Origin: an uncultured Spirochaetota bacterium
GTDB taxonomy: Bacteria > Spirochaetota > Spirochaetia > SZUA-6 > Fen-1364
Direction of reading: 5' to 3'
DNA: 35,478 nucleotides
Assembly (NCBI GenBank): GCA_963734545.1
Contig: CAVTHO010000002.1
Coordinates: 1 to 35,478 of the forward strand
The notes beneath the pieces were generated by a model. It was given only the letters and a program-made list of their open reading frames with translations. It ran no database searches and was not told the origin of the DNA. Of this stretch, positions 8,738-16,552 are shown piece by piece. Within the stretch, counting starts at the first letter, position 1; the number at the start of each line of letters is the position of its first letter. Position numbers and translations under genes: made by a program.

Positions 8738-9649
8738 ATGTTCGACGAGACGCTCATCAAGGACCTCAGCGAGCTGCTGGGAAAAAGCCTCAACTTCAAG
8801 GACATCGAGGCCATCGGCGGATACCTGTTCAAGAGCCGCACGTACGACCTGCACGCAGCCGCCGGCGTCGACGAAAAGGTCAGCATTTCGCCGCTGAACG
8901 CCGCGAAGATCCTCGTGGATGAGGCGGAAAACAAGGGGAAGCTGAAGGACCTTTTCGTCTTCACCATCGAGCTGGACGGCTCGACCCTGAACGGCAGGGT
9001 GGTTGCGCTCCAGGGACTCGAGAACATGCTCTATCGGCTGACGCGCTCGGGGCAGTACTACGACTTCGCCACCCGCAGGTTCATCGACGTGGAAGACAAT
9101 CGCAGCCTGGTGAGCTGGGGGGCCCTGCGGGACGGCCGGGAGTACGAGGTTGCCATCGCTTCCATCGACATCTGCCAGAACAGCGAGCTGGTGAAGAAGT
9201 ACAAGACCAAGGTCATGGAACAGGTGTACTACCGGCTGTGGGAGTTCCTGAAGGCCAAGCTCGACTCGTGGGAGGGCAGGATCTGGAGCTGGGCAGGTGA
9301 CGGCGGCATCCTCGCCTTTCGCGGAGAGGAAAGCGTCCCGCGCGCCGTGAGCTGCTGCCTGGAAATACTCGCCAGCCTGCCGGTGTTCAACATGCAGCCG
9401 GACAAGCCCATCAAGGACGAGATCTGCCTCAGAATCGCCCTCGATTTCGGCCCGCTGAAATTCTTCAGCGACACGGGGAAAATCGTTTCCGAGGTCATCA
9501 ACTACGCGGCCCACCTGGAAAAGAAGGGAACGAGGCCGAGCAAGCTGAGCATATCCGATGAAGTGCATGCCCGCCTGTCCCCTGCCATGCGGAAGCTGTT
9601 TGCAGAGGAGATGAGCTTCGAGGGACGAACCGCGCGGTCCATGACCTGA
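8738..9649 (+). CDS. Class III adenylate/guanylate cyclase-fold protein with N-terminal helical domain
   Basis: ASIDICQNS and WAGDGG (two metal-binding Asp), LRIALDFG, VINYAAHLE, LSISDEV; about 120-aa N-terminal helical region. Confidence 0.8.
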   Translation: MFDETLIKDLSELLGKSLNFKDIEAIGGYLFKSRTYDLHAAAGVDEKVSISPLNAAKILVDEAENKGKLKDLFVFTIELDGSTLNGRVVALQGLENMLYRLTRSGQYYDFATRRFIDVEDNRSLVSWGALRDGREYEVAIASIDICQNSELVKKYKTKVMEQVYYRLWEFLKAKLDSWEGRIWSWAGDGGILAFRGEESVPRAVSCCLEILASLPVFNMQPDKPIKDEICLRIALDFGPLKFFSDTGKIVSEVINYAAHLEKKGTRPSKLSISDEVHARLSPAMRKLFAEEMSFEGRTARSMT

Positions 9650-9713
9650 GCCGTTTCCGCGCCTCGACCGCGGCGACAGGTGCCGATCCCTCCTCCTGAA
9701 CGTCCCCTTCGAT

Positions 9714-9767
9714 TGAACGTTTATTTAACGCCACAGGAACGAAAGTTCGACGCGCGGTGTTTATTCT
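9714..9767 (+). promoter_or_regulatory. Four direct repeats at 11-bp period plus -10 element (SARP/OmpR-type activator site)
   Basis: TGAACG 9714, TTAACG 9725, GGAACG 9736, TCGACG 9747; TATTCT 9762-9767; no canonical -35. Confidence 0.55.
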
Positions 9768-9802
9768 TCCAGGCGTGAAACAATCGAGGAGGATCTTTCA
9801 AA

Positions 9803-10015
9803 GTGACACAGCACTACGAGATACGCTTCAGCGGACTGCTGGGACCGGATTGGTCGGACTGGTTCGAGGGCTTCTCCCTCCGTCTGGAGGACGGGGAGGT
9901 CACGGTCCTTTCGGGCCCCGTCGTGGATCAATCGGCGCTGCACGGGATCATCGCCCGCCTGCGGGACCTCAATCTGCCGCTTCTTTCCGTACATCAGATA
10001 GGAGAAAAGAAATGA
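9803..10015 (+). CDS. Conserved small hypothetical protein (70 aa, YEIR..WSDWFEG..GPVVDQSALHG family)
   Basis: Strong SD GAGGAGG, GTG start; recognisable conserved small-protein motif; stop overlaps the next start (ATGA). Confidence 0.8.
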   Translation: MTQHYEIRFSGLLGPDWSDWFEGFSLRLEDGEVTVLSGPVVDQSALHGIIARLRDLNLPLLSVHQIGEKK

Positions 10016-11265
10016 GTGAGAATGGAACGAACGTGCTCCTCGTCGGCTACAACGGCGCCAACAACACGGGAGCAGAGGCACTCCTCCAGTCCGACATCGA
10101 GGATGTGAGGAAAGTGCTCGGTCCCGGGGCCCGGATCACCGTGCCGACCCTCGCGCCGGAGAATCTCCGCCGCTACGTGCAGGAAGGGCAGGGGCTCACA
10201 ATCGCCCCGATTCCCATCCTGTACTTCAAGGCGCTGCGGAAGCTCGTCAAAGAGCACGACGTGGTCATGCTTGTCGAAGGCTCCACCTACATGGACACCT
10301 GGGGCTCGGTGCTTCTCTGGGCCTTTCTCTGGTCCACGCACTGCGCGGCGAGGCTGGGGAAGCGCTGCGTGGCCTACGCGGTGGACGCGGGAGCGCTTTC
10401 ATGGATCAATCGATGGCTCGTGCGGCGGATTGCCAGCAGGACGAATCTGATCGTCACGAGGAACCGCGCGGCCGCCGAACGCCTGTCCGCGTACGGCGTC
10501 AGCGCTCCCATCGAGGTGACCGCGGACAACGCGTTCACCTTCCGGACCCGGCCGGAGGATGAGGGTTGGCCGGGAAGGGAATGGCCGCAGGCGCGTCGCG
10601 GCATGGTGGGCATGGCCGTCGTGGACTACAACCTCTTCCCGGTCGTGATGCGGCCGTGGGGAAGGAAGCAGGACTGCTACAAGTGGCCGTACTTCTTCTC
10701 CCGGTCATCGCGGCGCCGCAGGGCGAGCGATGAGCTGGCAGCCGGGTACGCCGCCGCCGCGGATCGGATCGTCGATGATCACGGCGCACCCGTTGCCCTC
10801 ATCTGCATGGAGCAGGTGGACGAGAGGCTGGCGTTCGCCGTGCGTGACCGCATGGCGCACAAGGACATGGTCCGCGTGTTCTCCTCTCGACAGTACAACG
10901 CGTCCCAGATGACGGTGCTCCTGAGAAGCCTGCGGCTCCTGGTCACCTCCCGGTACCATGCCGCGGTCCTGTCCCTCGGCGCCAAGGTCCCGCAGCTCGC
11001 CGTCGGACATGACCTGCGCCTGCGCACCCTGTACGAGGACCTCGGGCTTCGGGACGGTTTTTTCACGGACCCGCGCTCGTTCCCGCGCACGCCCCAGATG
11101 TTTGAGCAGCTTACCGCGCGAATCGATCGATTGCTGAACGATCCCGGGCAGGTCGGCAGGGCCCTGCAAGAAGGTCATGCCGCGCACCTGGGCAGGGCAA
11201 TGAGAAATCAATCGCTCCTGGCCCGCGAGCTCCGCTCTTTCGTCGCGGTGGGAGGAGTATCATGA
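10012..11265 (+). CDS. Polysaccharide pyruvyltransferase family protein (CsaB/WcaK-like)
   Basis: LLVGYNGANNTGAEA, LIVTRN, VTADNAF, LVTSRYHAAVLS; ATGA overlaps at both ends. Confidence 0.8.
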   Translation: MSENGTNVLLVGYNGANNTGAEALLQSDIEDVRKVLGPGARITVPTLAPENLRRYVQEGQGLTIAPIPILYFKALRKLVKEHDVVMLVEGSTYMDTWGSVLLWAFLWSTHCAARLGKRCVAYAVDAGALSWINRWLVRRIASRTNLIVTRNRAAAERLSAYGVSAPIEVTADNAFTFRTRPEDEGWPGREWPQARRGMVGMAVVDYNLFPVVMRPWGRKQDCYKWPYFFSRSSRRRRASDELAAGYAAAADRIVDDHGAPVALICMEQVDERLAFAVRDRMAHKDMVRVFSSRQYNASQMTVLLRSLRLLVTSRYHAAVLSLGAKVPQLAVGHDLRLRTLYEDLGLRDGFFTDPRSFPRTPQMFEQLTARIDRLLNDPGQVGRALQEGHAAHLGRAMRNQSLLARELRSFVAVGGVS

Positions 11266-14155
11266 GCACGGTAGTTTTTCTTACAGGCGCAACGGGGTTC
11301 CTGGGCGGGCAGACCGCGCGGCGGCTCCTGGCCCGCGAGGACCTTCACATCGTGGCCCTCGTGCGCGGGAAGGACCGGCAGGAAGCGGAGGCCCGGCTTG
11401 CCCGCACCTGGTGGAGCTGGCCCGAGCTGGCCGGGGCCATCGGCACCCGCGTCGAGGTCCTTGCGGGAGATGTCACCTCACCCTGCCTCGGCCTGGATCG
11501 GGGCGAGTACCGGCACCTTGCGGAGCGGATCACGCACGTCATTCACTCGGCGGCGGATCTGCGCCTGGACGGGCCGATCGATGAGCTTCGAAGGATCAAC
11601 GTCGGCGGCACCGAGGAAGTCCTGCGCCTGGCGCCAGGCGGCACATCGCCATCACGGCCTCGCGCGCTTCGCCCATGTCTCCACCGCGTACGTGGCGGGA
11701 AAACGAAAGGGACCGGTCCCCGAGGATGCTCTGACCGACGAGTACGGGTTCTCGAATACGTACGAGCAGACGAAGTTCGAGGGAGAGCGCCTTGCGCGGG
11801 CGGCCGGTGCGGAGCTGCCCCTCACGGTCTTTCGACCCGGCATGATCGTGGGTGACTCGCGGACCGGCGAGATCGCGACGTTCAATACGGTCTACGTGCC
11901 CCTGCGGCTGTACCTTTCAGGCAAGCTGAAGGTCATGCCCTGCAAAGGAGATCTCGCGGTGAACGTGGTCCCTGTCGACTACGTGGCGGACGCGATATCC
12001 CGGCTCACCTTCGACGCCCGGGCCCAGGGCAGGACATTCCATCTCACGGTTCCTCCGCGGCTCCTGCCTTCCGCCCGCCAGCTCCTCGAGGGAGTGAGGC
12101 AATGGGCGGCAAAGGCCCTCGACGTGCGGCTCGCATCCCCCCTCATGATCCCGATCGGCTCAGGGACCCTCGACGAAAGGCTCCTCCGCCGGATTCCCGC
12201 CGCGCTGATCTCCTATTTCAGCGAGGATCGCCAGTTTGCGACCGCCAACACGGAAAGCCTCCTCGGCCCGTGCACGCTGGACTGGCAGGCTGTCCTGCCG
12301 CGGCTCCTTGCCTACGCGGCGGCGCGGGGATTTCTCCATGCCTCGGGGCGTACCGCGCACGAGCAGGTGCTGTTCCGGCTGCAGAGCACGACCCGGCCGG
12401 TGCGTTTTCACGAGATTGCGGAAGGAACTGTCTCCACCCGGAGCGCCGCGGAGGTGCGGGGGCAGATCCTCAGGTCGGCCGGAAGCCTGCAGGCTCTCGG
12501 CGTTGCGCAAGGGGACCGCGTTGCCATCGTGGGCCTGAATGGGGTCCGCTACCTCATCCTCGACGTCGCCATGGGCCTGGCGGGCGCCGTGAGCGTGCCG
12601 CTGTACTACACCACACCGGCAGCAGAGATGGAAGAGATTCTTCGGGCAAGCGGGTCCCGATTTCTCTTCATCGGCGCTCCCTGGCTCATGCAGGAGCTGC
12701 CAAAGATGAACATCCGCATACCGGTGGTCTCGTTCTGCCGGACGGCCGTCGCCGCTTCCGTCGCTCCCGGGACACATGGGTCCGCGCACGTGATGACCTG
12801 GGAGGAGTTTCTTTCCCTGGGCACGGACACTGACGAGTCGAGGCTCTCGGCACCGCGGCTTGTCCCCGCGGCAGCGGCCGGATCCGGGCACCCGCGTCCG
12901 GTCTCGCTCCCCATCGCGCGCCTGTCGGATGCGGCCACGCTCCGATTCACCTCGGGGACTACCGGAACGCCCAAAGGCGCCATCTTCCGACACGACCAGG
13001 TCCGCTGGATGGCGGAAACCCTTGCCTCCCTGCTTCCCTGGAGAGCGCGCATCCACCACGCATCGTACCTCTCATTCCTGCCCATGAGCCACGTCGTGGA
13101 AGGGATCCTGGGCACGTATGCGCCCTACTACCTGCCGGCTCCCGTGGATATCTGGTTCCTGGAAGACTTCCATTCGCTGGGTCGGGCTCTCCCCCGTGTG
13201 CGCCCCACGGTGTTCTTTTCCGTCCCGCGGTTCTACGAAAAAGTCTGGGAATCTTTCACGTCCCGGCCGATGGGACGACTCTATACGCGGCTTCCCGAAG
13301 GAGTGCTCAGGAGCGCGGCGCGTCCCCTGCTCCGCGGGGCCCTCCTGCGCCGGGCAGGGCTGCACAAGTGCGCACAGCTCATATCAGGCTCCGCGCCTGC
13401 CAGCGCGGCGCTCTTGGCCGCGTTCCAGGACATGGGCATCGTGATTCACAACGCGTACGGGCTGACCGAGGCTCCTCTCGCAACGCTCAACATTTCGGGC
13501 GCCAACCGGCCCGGCACCGTCGGCGTCCCGCTCCCCGAGACCCAGGTCAGGATCGCTCCCGACGGGGAAGTGCTCCTGAGGGGACCGCAGGTGACGGCCG
13601 GCTACGAGGGGGCGGCGGAACAGCCCTTCAGGGACGGGTGGCTCCTTACCGGTGACATTGGCCACCTGAATGAGGATGGCAGCCTGGTGCTGGACGGCCG
13701 CAAGAAAGATCTGATCGTGACCTCCTATGGCAAGAACATCCACCCGGGGAAGATCGAGGCCGGGCTGAAAGGGATACCGGGCGTGATCGAAGCGATGGTC
13801 ATCGGAGAAGGGAGACCCTTCTGTGCCGCCCTCCTCTGGGTGAACGAGAGTATCCGGGGAGCCCGGCTTCCGGAGCCTGGATCGCGGGGTGCAGGAAATG
13901 AACAGTCGATTGTCTCACCCCGAAAGGATCAAGAAATGGAGCGTGCTGCGCAACGATCTTTCGATCGAGGGAGGCGAGCTGACGGGAAACCTCAAGCTGA
14001 AGCGGCAGGCCATCGCGCGCAGGTTCGCCGCTCTGATAGATTCCCTTTTCGACGACGGGCTGCCGCGCGAGGCGCTGCATACGGGGATGGCACAGAAGGA
14101 ATCGGCCCTGCGCGGGCGCATCGAGAAGAATCCGGCCCAGGCGGAGTCCGCGTGA
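11262..14155 (+). CDS. Fusion of thioester/fatty-acyl-CoA reductase (extended SDR) and long-chain acyl-CoA synthetase (AMP-binding); frameshifts ~11630 and ~13870
   Basis: Reductase: TGATGFLG, HVSTAYVAG, YEQTK, FRPGMIVG, VPVDYVA. Synthetase: FTSGTTGTPKG, FLPMSH, VPRFYEK, YGLTE, TGDIG, GRKKDLIVTSYGKNI, and ELTGNLKLKR in the 13889-14155 frame. Confidence 0.85.
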
Positions 14156-14724
14156 GCATCAGGTCGCGTCTGTTTGCCCTGCCGATGCCCGGCTTTGTCC
14201 GGAAGGCGGGCCTGTCGAAGCTGGCGCGTCTCACCGCGGAAGCTTTGGGCGCTGCATATCCCGGCCGCCGAGGGCTCTCCTTTGCCGAATGCCTCGAGCG
14301 GTACGCGGCATTCACCTCGATGCATGCCGAAGCCCTCCTGCGGTCTGACGAAGCCGCCCGGTCAGCAGCGCAGACGAGGCTTTTCTCGAACGCACAGAAA
14401 CTGGGCGGCCGCTTGAGGATCCTGCTCGGGATCCCCGCGCATGGGGACCCGTCTGACCAGGCGATGTCCGTTGCGCGCGCCCTTTATCGGATGATCGGGG
14501 TCGATTTCGAGGCCAGGGCTGCGGGTCGCACGGGGAACGCCGGGACGTCGGCGCGCTTCACGGTGAGGACGTGCTTCTTCAGCTCCCGCTATTCGCCGGA
14601 GGTCTGCCGGCTGATTTCATCCCTTGACGCAGGGCTCCTTTCCGGACTCACCGGAGGCGGGGAGCTCGTATTTGCCCAGCGAATGACGGAAGGCGCGGTT
14701 TTCTGCAGAGGAGTGATCGGATGA
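14152..14724 (+). CDS. Hypothetical protein, V4R/ATC-hydrolase-like Cys-containing domain
   Basis: GTG overlaps the upstream stop; C-terminal FTVRTCFFS...EVC...SLDAGLLSGL...RMTEGAVFC pattern resembles V4R-type ligand-binding folds. Confidence 0.6.
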   Translation: MSIRSRLFALPMPGFVRKAGLSKLARLTAEALGAAYPGRRGLSFAECLERYAAFTSMHAEALLRSDEAARSAAQTRLFSNAQKLGGRLRILLGIPAHGDPSDQAMSVARALYRMIGVDFEARAAGRTGNAGTSARFTVRTCFFSSRYSPEVCRLISSLDAGLLSGLTGGGELVFAQRMTEGAVFCRGVIG

Positions 14725-16008
14725 AAAAAGCGATCGTCGTGGGAAGCGGCGCCGGCGGCGCGATCATGGCGAGAGAGCTCGCCGGCTTCTTTGATGTCAC
14801 GATTCTCGAGGAGGGGCGGCATTTCCGTCCGCTCTCCCTCAGCGTGCCGTTCATGGAAGGGCTGAAGGCAAGCGGCGTGCTCATGGACGAGCGAATGACG
14901 GGGATGATTTTCCCGCCCATGAGGATCCGAAAGAGCGCGCAGGGGATGACCCTGGTCAGCGGCAGGTGCGTCGGCGGGACCACCACGATCAGCGCGGGGA
15001 ATGCCCTTCGCATGGACCGGGACCTGAGAGAGATCGGCATCGACCTGGACGCGGAGTTCGACGAGCTGTCGCGGGAGGTGCCGGTAAGCACGGATCACCA
15101 GAAGGGATGGCGGGCGGACACTCGGGAAATGTTTTCGCTCTGCCGGGACATGGGACTTTCCCCCCGCGCGACCCCCAAGCTTATCGATTCCCGCAAATGC
15201 CGCCGCTGCGGGCGCTGCATCCTGGGGTGCCCCACCGGGGCGAAATGGGATGCGCGCAGCATCATCGACTCAGGCGGTTTCAAAGGGCGCCCGGCTCCTC
15301 GAGGGAAGCCGTGTCGAGCGCGTGGAAATCGAAGGAACACGGGCCACCGGGGTCTGGGTCGTCCGGGGAGGCAGGAGGTCTTTCAAGCCGGCAGACCTCG
15401 TCGTTCTTGCGGCGGGAGGGCTGGATTCCCCCGTCATTCTCCAGAGATCGGGCATCGACTGCGAGGAACGGCTCTTCGTGGATCCTGTCCTCTGCCTTGC
15501 CGGCCGCAGGGAGGAGACCGGACCGCAAGGGGAAATCTCGATGCCCTTCGTCATCCAGGGGGATTCGTACATCCTCTCCCCGTACTTCGACTACCTCAGC
15601 TTCTTCTACAACCGAAAGTGGCGCCTTCCGGGTTCGAATATCCTCTCCCTCATGGTCAAGCTGGCGGATTCGAGCGCGGGGGGCTCGCAATCCCGGAGAA
15701 TCCGAAAAGAGCTCACGGGCAGGGACCGTCGGGTGCTCTCCGAGGCGGTCGCGCTCTGCAGGAAGATCTTCATGCGCCTCGGAGTAAGCGAGAAATCCCT
15801 GGTTCTCGGCACCGTCAACGCAGGACACCCCGGCGGCATGCTTCCCCTCACGGAGCGCGACGCGGTGAGTCTGCATTCCGAGCGCCTGCCGGGCAATCTC
15901 TATGTCTCCGATGCGAGCCTCCTGCCGCGCTCGATCGGCAATCCGCCGATCCTGACAGTCATGGCCCTTTCGAAGGCAATCGGGAAAAGAATCAAGCAGG
16001 CAGCGTGA
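14721..16008 (+). CDS. GMC-family flavoprotein oxidoreductase (frameshift ~15270-15290)
   Basis: GSGAGG FAD loop, CVGGTT, CRRCGRCILGCP, VVLAAGGLDSPVIL, HPGG, NLYVSDASLLP, NPPILTVMAL. Confidence 0.85.
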
Positions 16009-16037
16009 AGACCTGCCGAAGGGGAGCGCGTCACCGG

Positions 16038-16064
16038 TAAAAGGCACGGGGAAAGAACCGTGCC
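16038..16064 (-). terminator. Putative intrinsic terminator (minus-strand polarity, possibly bidirectional)
   Basis: GGCACGG (16043-16049) / CCGTGCC (16058-16064) stem followed by TTTTA on the minus strand. Confidence 0.45.
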
Positions 16065-16332
16065 GGCGTGAACGAGTCAACTATATATATTTTCCCCGCA
16101 TCTATGACCTCGATAAAGTGTATACTTCAAGCGGCAAGGCGATCCGCGTCCAGACACCGCAAGCTGTTCGTACGCTGAGTCCCCCGCTTCAGGCTCCAAG
16201 TCTCCACCTCCTCACCGAGCCATGATCCCGAAGTCGGAGCGAAGTCCCGTCGCTTTCAAGGACGGCCCTCGCCGCATGAAAGAAGGACGAAGTGACAATC
16301 TCAGCCCGCGCACAGCGTGAGGAACGAATAAA

Positions 16333-16518
16333 TTGAAATCCTCCGGCAGGGCGCGGTTGGAGGTCTGGTTCGCCACTCTCATCATCGTGGGCGGCTGCAT
16401 TGTCATGAGGTTTTCCAGTCCAGGGGCTCCGAGGACGATCGTTTTTATCGCATCAGTCCTCGCTGCCACATGGCTGATCATCGTTTCCATCGGGCACACC
16501 AAAAAAAGCAGCGACTAG
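16333..16518 (+). CDS. Small two-TM membrane protein (61 aa)
   Basis: SD GAGGA 9 nt before TTG; two hydrophobic stretches with basic termini; occupies an otherwise empty gap. Confidence 0.5.
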   Translation: MKSSGRARLEVWFATLIIVGGCIVMRFSSPGAPRTIVFIASVLAATWLIIVSIGHTKKSSD

Positions 16519-16552
16519 GCGAGACCCGTCAGGGTGTGACCCCGGCCGCGCA

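Noticed and set aside
8738-10015. Canonical Pycsar system
   Set aside because: No adjacent TIR or transmembrane effector with a cNMP-binding domain; the next gene belongs to a separately promoted operon
11398-14724. 1108-aa ORF as a single reductase-synthetase-V4R protein
   Set aside because: The true synthetase C-terminus (ELTGNLKLKR) lies in another frame ending at 14155 with a GTGA overlap; the read-through comes from an indel near 13870, and the real N-terminus starts at 11262
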